Positions 1 to 8,564 of a DNA stretch of 27,556 bases are shown in pieces; the first letter of the stretch is position 1; the number at the start of each line of letters is the position of its first letter. Under the pieces are notes generated by a model. It was not told the origin of the DNA and ran no database searches. It was given only the letters and a program-made list of their open reading frames with translations. Source of the stretch: Chlamydiae bacterium RIFCSPHIGHO2_12_FULL_49_11 (GTDB lineage: Bacteria > Chlamydiota > Chlamydiia > Chlamydiales > 2-12-FULL-49-11); NCBI GenBank assembly GCA_001794905.1, contig MGLW01000033.1, positions 29,031 through 56,586 on the forward strand, in the 5' to 3' direction. The position numbers and the translations under genes were made by a program.

Positions 1-2
1 CT

Positions 3-308
3 CTGGGAATGTTGGAACATGCGTATTATTCGGTCATTTCCCCTGAAGGGTGTGCGTCGATCCTCTTTAAGGATGCATCGAAGAAAGAATCGGCATCCGA
101 AATGCTCAAGATGCACGCCGAATTTCTGCTGGAAAACAGGATGATCGATGAGATCATCAAAGAGCCCCTCGGCGGTGCGCACCGCAATCCCGATCTTGTA
201 TATCATAATGTGAAACGGTTTATTTTAAAAGAAGCGGTAAGGCTCTCAAAGCTTTCTTCCGAATTTTTGCTCGATTGCCGGGCCGCAAAATACCGGCAAA
301 TTTTTTAA
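3..308 (+). CDS. accA: Acetyl-CoA carboxylase carboxyltransferase alpha subunit, 3' part (5' end lies outside the window)
   Basis: Contains the AccA C-terminal motifs [19 protein letters not shown] and [14 protein letters not shown]. The frame is open from the window edge. Confidence 0.95.
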   Translation: MGMLEHAYYSVISPEGCASILFKDASKKESASEMLKMHAEFLLENRMIDEIIKEPLGGAHRNPDLVYHNVKRFILKEAVRLSKLSSEFLLDCRAAKYRQIF

Positions 309-317
309 AGGGTCATC

Positions 318-809
318 ATGGCTGTCCATGCAGTTGATCTATCTCATTTTTATTACGGATATGCTCCTGTAGAAGCACTGGAAAATTATGTCGATATGTA
401 TCGGCAACCTCCCCGTTTGGGGAAAATTTTTCAGTATCATGTGAAACTGCCTTTGAATGTATTCTTAGGACTGACGATAAATAGCCTCAAATTCTGTGTC
501 GACATTCTCTTTCCGAATCAGGACTTCTCTTTGCCGGACAATCTCAAAGTCCTGGGGCTGCGCATTGTTAAAATGGTGCTTTACCCTTTTTATTTGCTCG
601 CTGCCCTTTTTGCCCTCATTGCTGCACCCGTGACGATATGGTGGCGCACGGCCCATTCGGTTGTCATTTTTCCCGTCATTCGGATTGCTTCGCTGATGGT
701 CTATTTACAAGAGCCGATCATCGGGGTGCTGAGGGCGAACCTTTATTTACCGCCGGCAGCCCCAACACTCCCCGATCCTGATATTTTGAGAGCCATTCGC
801 TACGAGTAA
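318..809 (+). CDS. Hypothetical membrane protein (163 aa), possibly Inc-like
   Basis: ATG-started ORF that fills the accA-msbA gap in the same orientation. It has a long hydrophobic region (MVLYPFYLLAALFALIAAPVTIWW...VVIFPVIRIASLMVYL) and a Pro-rich tail. No family recognised. Confidence 0.7.
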   Translation: MAVHAVDLSHFYYGYAPVEALENYVDMYRQPPRLGKIFQYHVKLPLNVFLGLTINSLKFCVDILFPNQDFSLPDNLKVLGLRIVKMVLYPFYLLAALFALIAAPVTIWWRTAHSVVIFPVIRIASLMVYLQEPIIGVLRANLYLPPAAPTLPDPDILRAIRYE

Positions 810-844
810 ATGACAATATCTTTAGAATCGTGTATGATTTTTCC

Positions 845-2737
845 ATGCGTCCTCTATTTCGAGCACTTGTCCACGCGAAAAGGCATTTGTATTGGCTCTT
901 TTTTTCCGCTCTCACCTTGATTGGTCTCACGCTCACAAGTCAGCTCGAAATTTTTTCCATCGGGCTCATCACGCAAAATACGGTCGATGTATTCACCCTT
1001 TTCGGCTCCGGTTCTTCAAAAATCACGCGGGATGAACTAGCGAGAGGATTTGACGCTCTCGATCCCGAACATAAGGGGTTTTTCACCGATGAAGATGCGA
1101 TGCGCTACTTGAAGGAAAGGGGAAATACCGGACTCATTCAAAAAGGTTTTTTGGAAGTACGTTCTTTTTTAGGGGAGAAAGGGGGAGCTTTTTCCTCTTC
1201 CCTCATGATTCTTGTTTTGGTCTCTCTATTCAAGGCCTTTTTCCTTTTTTTCAGCCGGTTCTTTCCCCGCGTGCTTAGCATAAAGGTGTCGAAAGAACTC
1301 CGCGAGTTCTATTTTTCCCATTTGCAAAAACTCTCGATGAGTTATTTCCGGAATGAAAAGATGGGCGCGATTGCCACTCGCGTGGTAACCGATTCAAAGC
1401 AGATTGCCGATGCGCTCAACGCTCTTGTCACCAATTACATCTACGTTCCCTTCACTTTTGTTTCTTCCCTTCTCTTTTGTCTTTTCGCCTCATGGAAACT
1501 CACCCTTATTTTCTTTTTAGGGCTGCCCCTTGTCGTGATTCCGATTGCAGTGATTGCGCGCAAAGTCAAGAAAGTAATGCGACAGCTTCTCTCCAACCAG
1601 GAAAATTTTACTTCGATCCTCCTCGATTTTCTGGGTGGGATTGAAACGATCAAACTATTTCGTGCCGAAAAATATTTGGAAGACAAGTTTGCCAAAGAAA
1701 ATAGCGCCATTGAAAAATGGGAAATCCATACCAACAAGTTTGATCTCCTCACCCGGCCCATCATTCATTTCATCACGATGCTCTCGCTTGTCGGCATTTG
1801 TTTCATTGGACTTTACGTGCTTTCGATGCAGCTTGCCGAACTCATTGTCTTTTGCGGGTTCCTCTATGTCCTTTACGAGCCGGTCAAAAAGTTTGCCGAC
1901 GAAAACGCCCAGGTACAAAAAGGGGTGGTGGCTGCGGAACGTCTTTTTGAAGTGCTAGCCTTGCAGCCCGAGATTGTTTCAAGAGCCTCAGCACAGTCAA
2001 TCCCCCTTTTTCAGGACAAAATCGTCTTTGACGACGTGAGTTTTAAATATCACGACCGGTGGGTGCTCCGGAATATTTCTCTGGAAATCCGGAAAGGGGA
2101 AAAGGTAGCCATCATTGGCAAAACCGGCTCGGGGAAGACGACGCTTCTACAGTTATTGTCTCGCCTCTACGACGTTACTTCCGGCCGTATTTTGATCGAC
2201 GGCATAGATGTACGCGACCTTTCGCTCGAATCGTTGAGGAGTCTTATCACCTACATTCCCCAGAAACCATTTCTCTTTCACGACACTATCGTGGGCAATA
2301 TCACCTTCGGACATCCGGACGGCAGTTTGGAATCGGTTTTACGGCTTAGTCATGCGGATGAGTTTATCGCCCTCTTGCCAGAGAAAGAGCATGCCCTCGT
2401 CAAGGAGCACGGGCGCAACTTTTCGGGGGGGCAAGGGCAGCGCATCTCGATTGCGCGCGCGCTGTATAAAAAAGCGCCTATCTTGCTGTGCGATGAGGCG
2501 ACATCCCAGCTGGACACCGGTTCGGAGAAATTGATTACCGACGCTCTTTCCCGTCTTCCCGGTGAGCTAACTCAAATCATCGTCACGCATAGACTCAGTG
2601 GTGTGCAGCACCTCGATCGGTTTATCGTGATCGAAGATGGACAGGTCACCGCTGACGGTACAGGGAGCGAACTTTTCCAAACAAGTCCATATTTTGAAAA
2701 GCTTTTCAAAACACACGGCCTAAAAGTGTTGAAATAG
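845..2737 (+). CDS. msbA: MsbA-like ABC exporter (fused TMD and NBD), probable lipid A/LPS flippase
   Basis: N-terminal TM domain, Walker A GKTGSGKT, signature FSGGQGQR, Walker B ILLCDEATSQLD and H-loop IVTHR. Located next to accA as in Chlamydia. Start is ATG 845 or GTG 830. Confidence 0.88.
   Translation: MRPLFRALVHAKRHLYWLFFSALTLIGLTLTSQLEIFSIGLITQNTVDVFTLFGSGSSKITRDELARGFDALDPEHKGFFTDEDAMRYLKERGNTGLIQKGFLEVRSFLGEKGGAFSSSLMILVLVSLFKAFFLFFSRFFPRVLSIKVSKELREFYFSHLQKLSMSYFRNEKMGAIATRVVTDSKQIADALNALVTNYIYVPFTFVSSLLFCLFASWKLTLIFFLGLPLVVIPIAVIARKVKKVMRQLLSNQENFTSILLDFLGGIETIKLFRAEKYLEDKFAKENSAIEKWEIHTNKFDLLTRPIIHFITMLSLVGICFIGLYVLSMQLAELIVFCGFLYVLYEPVKKFADENAQVQKGVVAAERLFEVLALQPEIVSRASAQSIPLFQDKIVFDDVSFKYHDRWVLRNISLEIRKGEKVAIIGKTGSGKTTLLQLLSRLYDVTSGRILIDGIDVRDLSLESLRSLITYIPQKPFLFHDTIVGNITFGHPDGSLESVLRLSHADEFIALLPEKEHALVKEHGRNFSGGQGQRISIARALYKKAPILLCDEATSQLDTGSEKLITDALSRLPGELTQIIVTHRLSGVQHLDRFIVIEDGQVTADGTGSELFQTSPYFEKLFKTHGLKVLK
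2692..2711. repeat. Perfect 20-bp palindrome TTTTGAAAAGCTTTTCAAAA in the msbA 3' end
   Basis: Read directly from the sequence; it is its own reverse complement. It overlaps the outer end of the left arm of the inverted duplication. Confidence 0.9.
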
Positions 2738-3263
2738 AATTTCTCTTTTGTTAAAAATACTCTTTCATTGTATCAAGGAGGAATAAATGGTTTGGTGCTT
2801 ACGAAATGTTGGAGCTGCGATAGCATATCCGTTTCAAATGATTACAAGGGATCGTTTGGCTGCTTTTTTGACCGCGACGATTCACCCGAATGGCGTGCAA
2901 AAAGTTGCGAATGCAGCAGAACAATATTTGACATCTCAAGCAACGAATGAGAAGCTGCGCCAGTATGTTCACAACCTTTTGCGTCAATATTCCGAAGAAG
3001 GATGTGTTGTACGACTTAGTCAGGGTCTGTGGATGGGGACGTGTACGATACTTATCGCGGGTGTTGTTGTGGCGCCATTCCTTCCTGCTTGGGGTATTGC
3101 ATACGGTGTCATTACGACCGCAGGATTAGCGGGGAGGCTTGGGATTACAACGGGATTGATGTGCAATTGGTCTCGTGCAGAAAGGGCTGTCGCCGCAGGA
3201 GAGGTAGATATTGAAAGTGAGGAGACTCCGCTCTTTCCTCTTGCAAGGCGATCCGAAACGTAG
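2699..3263 (+). repeat. Left arm of a ~570-bp degenerate inverted duplication (partner 8565-9141)
   Basis: AAGCTTTTCAAAA..GTTGAAATAGAATTTC..TATCAAGGAGGAATAA..TGGTGCTTACGAAATGTTGG..GATCCGAAACGTAG aligns to the reverse complement of 8565-9141. Confidence 0.93.
2787..3263 (+). CDS. Small membrane protein with a bilobed hydrophobic domain, Inc-like candidate, copy A (158 aa)
   Basis: Strong RBS AAGGAGG and a ~45-aa hydrophobic stretch with a central Pro turn (APFLP). By hand count, 106/152 residues are identical, ungapped, to the product of 8582-9040. Confidence 0.85.
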   Translation: MVWCLRNVGAAIAYPFQMITRDRLAAFLTATIHPNGVQKVANAAEQYLTSQATNEKLRQYVHNLLRQYSEEGCVVRLSQGLWMGTCTILIAGVVVAPFLPAWGIAYGVITTAGLAGRLGITTGLMCNWSRAERAVAAGEVDIESEETPLFPLARRSET

Positions 3264-3953
3264 TTATGTTATTTTTGCGAGGCTGGCTTTAAGATCCTGG
3301 TTTCCTTGCTTGTCCAGGGCGCCGCTTTCCATGAGCCATTTCAGATAGTGTTTCGGAATTTCTTCGAGCGGTTTTCCTTTATACTTGCCGAACGGCATGT
3401 AACGGATAAGAAAACTGCGCGAGTAAAGGAGCTCGTAAGCGGTCATGATCGGGAGATCGCCGATCATGTGAGTGAATATCTCGAAAAGCACCATCACGTC
3501 ATCGAGGGCACGGTGGGCCGTCCTCTCTCCCACTTGATATACCTCGCGGAGATATTGCAAACTGTGCTTGGGAAGGTCAGGACGGTAGCGGCGCGCCCAC
3601 TTGAGAGTATCGATGTATTTGTATTCGGGAAGTTGCCGCTCGGTACGCTTGAACTCTTCTTGCAAAAAGAAAAAATCGAATGCGTCGTTATTGTGGGCAA
3701 TAAGATAGGCGTCTCCGCTACAAAACTCGAGCATCGCATCGATCACTTCATGAAAGGCGGGAGCCCCGCGGACCATCGCATCGGTGATACCCGAAATTTG
3801 TGAAGACTCGGGAGGGATCGGCATCTTGGGATCGATGAAAGTGCAATACTTTTTTTGTAGTGTGGCATCATAAAAAGCAATCTCGATGATGCGGTCTTTA
3901 TCCGCTTTAACTCCAGTTGTTTCAGTGTCGTAATAGATTGCTCTGGGCGCCAT
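3264..3953 (-). CDS. dnaQ: DEDDh 3'-5' exonuclease (DNA polymerase III epsilon-like) with a C-terminal MPFGKYKG (DUF3820-type) domain
   Basis: ExoI DTETTG, ExoII AHNNDAFD and ExoIII HRALDD motifs, plus a C-terminal YMPFGKYKGKPLEEIPKHYLKWL segment. Confidence 0.9.
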   Translation of the reverse strand: MAPRAIYYDTETTGVKADKDRIIEIAFYDATLQKKYCTFIDPKMPIPPESSQISGITDAMVRGAPAFHEVIDAMLEFCSGDAYLIAHNNDAFDFFFLQEEFKRTERQLPEYKYIDTLKWARRYRPDLPKHSLQYLREVYQVGERTAHRALDDVMVLFEIFTHMIGDLPIMTAYELLYSRSFLIRYMPFGKYKGKPLEEIPKHYLKWLMESGALDKQGNQDLKASLAKIT

Positions 3954-4045
3954 TTGTCAAGATTTTATGTGAATTTGGGTTAAATTCCTAGCCAAAAAGA
4001 AATCTTTCTAGATAAGTGAAAGTTGGATAAACTACTTGTTGAGCT

Positions 4046-5056
4046 ATGGTTCGATACAATTTTACTAAGATCGACAGAAAGAGCACGTTAGAGGAAATCG
4101 GGAAGGAAAAGGCCCTCCTGATGCTTTCCGACATGCTCCTCATCCGTCACTTTGAGCAGCGGGGCGAGCAGTCGTATCAGATGGGCAAGGTGTGGGGGTT
4201 TTACCACTCGTATATCGGGCAGGAAGCAATTCAAACCGGTGCGGTGTATGCTCTCGGACGTGATCACACTTTATGGGCAACGACATATCGGTGTCATGCC
4301 CTCGCACTTCTACTCGGAATGACGGTGGAAGAAGGAATGTGCGAATTGTATGGGAAAGCAAACGGGAACGCCAAGGGGCGGGGCGGTTCGATGCACATGT
4401 ATACGAGCACCATGGCCGGGGGAAGCGGGATCGTGGGAGCACAGTGGCCGCTGGGTGTCGGACTTGCGTTTTCGATCAAATATAAGAAAGAAAAAGACAA
4501 AGTTGCTGTCGTCTTCGGCGGAGACGGCGCCGTAATGATGGGGACCTATCCGGAATCGCTGAATCTTGCGTGCCTCCACAAGTTACCGCTCATCATCGTG
4601 ATTGAAAATAACCAGTTTTCCATGGGTACCCACCTGGAAAGAGGTGTTGCCCATCCGCCGCTCGGTGAAAATACGGCAAAGGCGTTCGGACTCACTTCAT
4701 ATACCATTGACGGAATGGATTTGATTTCAAGCTGGGCTGTGTTTCAGGCGGCAAAAAAGGACGCTTTAACGCAAGAAAAGCCGGTCATCATTGAAACGGT
4801 CGGCCATCGTTTCCGCGGCCATTCGATTTCCGATGCGGCCCTGTACCGGTCGAAAGAGGAGCTTAAACGGGTGATGGAGCTCGATCCGATTCCGATTTTT
4901 TTGCAAGAGTGTATCGACAAAGGGTGGATAACCGAAGAAGAATATAAAGATTGCGACACCAAAAAACGGGAAAAGGTGCAGGCGGCGATGAAATTTGCCG
5001 ATGAGAGTCCCTGGCCCGATATTGGAACGCTCGAAGAAGGAGTATTTGCTCCGTGA
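4046..5056 (+). CDS. pdhA: Pyruvate dehydrogenase E1 alpha subunit
   Basis: GFYHSYIGQEA, GRGGSMH, TPP-binding GDG...ENN and RFRGHSISD motifs; first gene of an E1a-E1b-E2 operon. Confidence 0.93.
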   Translation: MVRYNFTKIDRKSTLEEIGKEKALLMLSDMLLIRHFEQRGEQSYQMGKVWGFYHSYIGQEAIQTGAVYALGRDHTLWATTYRCHALALLLGMTVEEGMCELYGKANGNAKGRGGSMHMYTSTMAGGSGIVGAQWPLGVGLAFSIKYKKEKDKVAVVFGGDGAVMMGTYPESLNLACLHKLPLIIVIENNQFSMGTHLERGVAHPPLGENTAKAFGLTSYTIDGMDLISSWAVFQAAKKDALTQEKPVIIETVGHRFRGHSISDAALYRSKEELKRVMELDPIPIFLQECIDKGWITEEEYKDCDTKKREKVQAAMKFADESPWPDIGTLEEGVFAP

Positions 5057-6036
5057 CGGGGAAAAGAGAAGTGGAAATCCGGGAAGCGCTCCGCGAGGCG
5101 ATCGATGAAGAGATGGCGCGCGATTCTCTTGTCTTTATTTTGGGGGAAGAAGTTGCCGAATATAACGGTGCTTACAAGGTCACTAAAGGGCTTCTGGATA
5201 AATACGGGCCCGGGCGTGTGATCGATACGCCGATCACCGAAGCGGGCTTTGCAGGAATGGCCATTGGGGCTGCCATGATGGGGCTGCGCCCTATTGTAGA
5301 GTTTATGAGTTTTAATTTTTCTTTCGTTGCATTTGATCAGATTGTCAATAACGCTTTCAAGATGCACTACATGTCGGGAGACAGGTTCAAGGTACCTATT
5401 GTCTTCCGTGGTCCCAACGGTGCGGCGGCGCGCGTGTCATGCCAGCACTCGCACAATGTCGAGTCAATTTACGGCCAGCTTCCCGGGTGCATCATCATTG
5501 CTCCGAGTACAGCCCACGATGCCAAAGGGCTTTTAAAGTCGGCCATCCGCTGCGATAATCCCGTCCTCTTCCTTGAAAATGAACTCATGTACGGCAGGAG
5601 AGAAGAAATCCCCGACGGAGAATTTCTCGTTCCGATCGGCAAAGCCAAGGTGCGAAAGGCGGGCGCTGATTTGACCCTCATCTCGCATGGACGGATGCTT
5701 CTTTTTTGTGAAGAGGCGGCCGGTGTCATGCAGAAAAAAGGGGTCGATGTTGAAATCATCGATCTTCGCACGATCAAACCGCTTGATATTGCCACCATTG
5801 TACAATCGGTTCGCAAGACAAAACGTGCCGTCATCGTTGAAGAGGGGCACTCGTTTGCAGGCATCGCTGCAGAGGTGGCTATGCAAATCCAGGAGCATGT
5901 GTTCGATTTTCTCGACGCTCCCATCGGACGGGTGTGTCAGATGGAGACACCGCTGCCTTATTCTCCGCCGCTCGAGGCGGAAACGATTCCAAACACAAAG
6001 CGTATTGTACGCAAAATCGAAGAGACAATGGGATAA
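5053..6036 (+). CDS. pdhB: Pyruvate dehydrogenase E1 beta subunit
   Basis: GEEVAEYNGAYKVTKGL, DTPITEAGF, FRGPNG..QHS and IDLRTIKPLD motifs. The GTG start overlaps the pdhA stop (GTGA). Confidence 0.95.
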   Translation: MTGKREVEIREALREAIDEEMARDSLVFILGEEVAEYNGAYKVTKGLLDKYGPGRVIDTPITEAGFAGMAIGAAMMGLRPIVEFMSFNFSFVAFDQIVNNAFKMHYMSGDRFKVPIVFRGPNGAAARVSCQHSHNVESIYGQLPGCIIIAPSTAHDAKGLLKSAIRCDNPVLFLENELMYGRREEIPDGEFLVPIGKAKVRKAGADLTLISHGRMLLFCEEAAGVMQKKGVDVEIIDLRTIKPLDIATIVQSVRKTKRAVIVEEGHSFAGIAAEVAMQIQEHVFDFLDAPIGRVCQMETPLPYSPPLEAETIPNTKRIVRKIEETMG

Positions 6037-6038
6037 TT

Positions 6039-7298
6039 ATGGCGATAGAACTATTCATGCCTGCTCTTTCTCCGACGATGAAAGAAGGGATCATTGCCAA
6101 ATGGCATAAAAAAGAAGGGGACATGGTTGAACCGGGCGATGTAATCTGTGACATCATGACCGACAAATCCACTGTCGAATATCAGGCACTCGACGGCGGC
6201 ATCCTCAAAAAAATCACCACTCCTGAAGGCAAAAGTGTCAAAGTCAATGAACGGATCGGTGTCCTCGTCAAAGACATGAAAGAAGATATCTCAGCCCTTT
6301 TTGAAAAGCCGGAAGCGAAACAAACGGAAGAGACGCCGGTGGAAGAAAAGCGCGAAGAGGCTTTATCGGTCAGGGAAATGCCCGTCTTTGCACCCTTTGG
6401 ACCCGTAACGGGGTATGAATTTCCGAGCAGGGACAGTCAGGGAATCCGCGCCTCTCCTCTTGCCAAACGACTTGCCCATGAACAAAATCTCGACTTATCG
6501 AAAGTGAAGGGGACAGGTCCCCATGGCCGGATTGTGGAAGACGATCTCAAAGGGGCACCTAAACTTTCACAAGGCTCCATAGAGCCCAAAGAAGGGCCGC
6601 CTGTTATCCTTCCCGGCACCTACCATGAAATCCCCCTTACCCCGATTCGCAAGGCGATCGGTTCGCGTTTGCAAGATGCGAAAGCATCGATTCCTCATTT
6701 TTACGTAACGATGGAAGTCGATGCTTCCAAGCTTGTTTCCCTGCGTAAAGAAATTGCCGAAGTGGGACATATCTATACCTATAATGATTTCATTCTGCGC
6801 GCCGCTGCCCTTGCTCTCGAAAAACATCCGACGATCAATCGCGGCTACAATTCTCAAAATGAGACGCTGATCCAATTTGAAACGATTGATATCTCTCTTG
6901 CCGTCAGCATTCCCGACGGGCTCATCACGCCGATCCTGTTTCACGCCAATTACAAAGATCTCTCCATGTTATCGGTCGAAGCAAAATCTCTTGCGAAAAG
7001 AGCGGTGCAGGGCACATTGCAACCGTTCGAGTACCAGGGGGGGTCTTTTACCGTATCCAACCTGGGGATGTTCGGGGTAGCGAGTTTTGATGCAGTGATC
7101 AATCCGCCGCAAGCGGCGATCCTGGCTGTCGGCGGAATTCTCGAACGTCCCCTCGTGCGCGCAGCAGGTGTGGTCGCAGGTTACGTGCTCATGCTCACCC
7201 TGTCCTGCGACCATCGCGTTATCGACGGCGCTGACGGGGCAAAATTTTTGCAAACGATCAAATTCTACCTGGAAAAACCCGCCGCCCTACTCCTTTAG
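6039..7298 (+). CDS. pdhC: Dihydrolipoamide acetyltransferase (PDH E2) with one lipoyl domain
   Basis: MPALSPTMKEG, lipoyl-Lys motif TDKS, E3-binding ASPLAKRLA..GTGPHGRI and catalytic DHRVIDG. Start reassigned to ATG 6039, 2 nt after the pdhB stop. Confidence 0.95.
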   Translation: MAIELFMPALSPTMKEGIIAKWHKKEGDMVEPGDVICDIMTDKSTVEYQALDGGILKKITTPEGKSVKVNERIGVLVKDMKEDISALFEKPEAKQTEETPVEEKREEALSVREMPVFAPFGPVTGYEFPSRDSQGIRASPLAKRLAHEQNLDLSKVKGTGPHGRIVEDDLKGAPKLSQGSIEPKEGPPVILPGTYHEIPLTPIRKAIGSRLQDAKASIPHFYVTMEVDASKLVSLRKEIAEVGHIYTYNDFILRAAALALEKHPTINRGYNSQNETLIQFETIDISLAVSIPDGLITPILFHANYKDLSMLSVEAKSLAKRAVQGTLQPFEYQGGSFTVSNLGMFGVASFDAVINPPQAAILAVGGILERPLVRAAGVVAGYVLMLTLSCDHRVIDGADGAKFLQTIKFYLEKPAALLL

Positions 7299-7380
7299 CA
7301 GCTCAGATTGAATATGTTGTGTTTTTTGCAAACTACGATGCCATTTTAAAGCCAAATTTGGCATAATAGGGTACAACAAG

Positions 7381-8529
7381 ATGTATCAAAGATTTTTTAA
7401 TCCTCCGAAGGATAGTTATTTTCTCTTTGGGCCGCGAGGGACGGGTAAGTCGACTTTTCTCCGGTCTTATTACCCAGATGCATTCTGGGTGGATCTGCTT
7501 GATCCGGAAACGTTTCGGATTTTTGCTGCCGCACCGGAACGGTTGTATCAAATCCTTGGCACCATATCGGAAAAGACGATTGTTATCGATGAAATCCAGC
7601 GCGTGCCCGAACTACTCAATGTGGTGCACAAATGCATCGAGGAGAAGAAGGGATATCAGTTCATTTTAACGGGTTCAAGTGCGAGGAAATTGCGTGAAAA
7701 AGGGACCAATTTACTGGCCGGGCGTGCTCTTTTGTGCTATATGCCCCCGTTTTTTGCAAAAGAGATCGGACAAGCCTTTGAACTTTCGAAACATTTGCGT
7801 TTGGGAATGCTTCCTGTTGTTCTTGATTCTCTGCTGCCTGAAGAAGTGATTAAAGCCTATGTCGGGATATACCTAAAAGAAGAAGTGCAGGCGGAAGGGC
7901 TTGTACGAAATATCGGTGATTTTGCTCGATTTTTGGAGACGATGAGCTTTTCTCATGCATCGGTGGTCAATACCTCCAATATTGCTCGTGAAAGCCATAT
8001 TGCGAGAAAGACGGTTGAAAATTATCTCATCGTCCTAAATGACCTCTTGCTCTCATTTCAACTTGACGTATTTCGTTACAAAGCAAAAAGAAGTCTGATG
8101 CAACATTCTAAATTCTACTTTTTCGATGCGGGAGTCTATTCTTCACTGCGGCCTAAACAGTTTTTCGATGTGGTAAGCGAAAGCGAGGGAGCCGCCTTAG
8201 AAGGGCTTGTTGCACAGCACCTCATGGCCTGGCTGCGCGCGCAACAGGAAAATTATCAGCTCCATTTTTGGAGGACCGGTGCGGGCGTAGAAGTCGATTT
8301 TATCTTAACGGGACACGACACATTTCTCGCTCTAGAAGTAAAGAACGGTACAACTCTTCACCCTTCTGACTTTCGGGGTTTGCACAGCTTTGCGGAAGAT
8401 TACCCGTCTGCAACTCTTGTCATTTTATATCGGGGAAAGGAAAAATACCGTGAAAAGAATGTGCTTGCCTATCCTGTAGAAGAGTTTTTAAAACAGATTG
8501 ATCCTGCCGAAAAAATCCAATTAAAATAA
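7381..8529 (+). CDS. AAA+ ATPase (AAA_14 plus DUF4143) with a C-terminal PD-(D/E)xK nuclease-like motif
   Basis: Walker A GPRGTGKST, Walker B IVIDEIQ, LTGSS, LAGR, KFYFFDAG, and C-terminal FWRT..GVEVDFI...LEVK motifs. Confidence 0.88.
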   Translation: MYQRFFNPPKDSYFLFGPRGTGKSTFLRSYYPDAFWVDLLDPETFRIFAAAPERLYQILGTISEKTIVIDEIQRVPELLNVVHKCIEEKKGYQFILTGSSARKLREKGTNLLAGRALLCYMPPFFAKEIGQAFELSKHLRLGMLPVVLDSLLPEEVIKAYVGIYLKEEVQAEGLVRNIGDFARFLETMSFSHASVVNTSNIARESHIARKTVENYLIVLNDLLLSFQLDVFRYKAKRSLMQHSKFYFFDAGVYSSLRPKQFFDVVSESEGAALEGLVAQHLMAWLRAQQENYQLHFWRTGAGVEVDFILTGHDTFLALEVKNGTTLHPSDFRGLHSFAEDYPSATLVILYRGKEKYREKNVLAYPVEEFLKQIDPAEKIQLK

Positions 8530-8532
8530 TTA

Positions 8533-8551
8533 TATCAATCACGTATTGATA
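8533..8551. terminator. Short hairpin TATCAAT-cacgt-ATTGATA between converging genes
   Basis: Perfect 7-bp inverted repeat just after the ATPase stop. It is AT-rich with no U-tract, so it would be a weak terminator. Confidence 0.35.
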
Positions 8552-8564
8552 AAGTCTGATGGCC

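Noticed and set aside
3954-4045. Sigma-70-type promoter calls in divergent intergenic regions (also 14921-14999 and 24262-24378)
   Set aside because: Promoters are likely present, but I could not identify a convincing -35/-10 pair with proper spacing by eye.
5934-6038. Extended N-termini given by the ORF track for pdhC (also suhB at 22250 and atpA at 25733)
   Set aside because: They overlap upstream genes; the downstream ATGs match family N-termini and operon coupling.
4046-7298. Absence of E3 (lpdA) from the pdh operon
   Set aside because: This is normal for Chlamydiae, where lpdA is encoded elsewhere.
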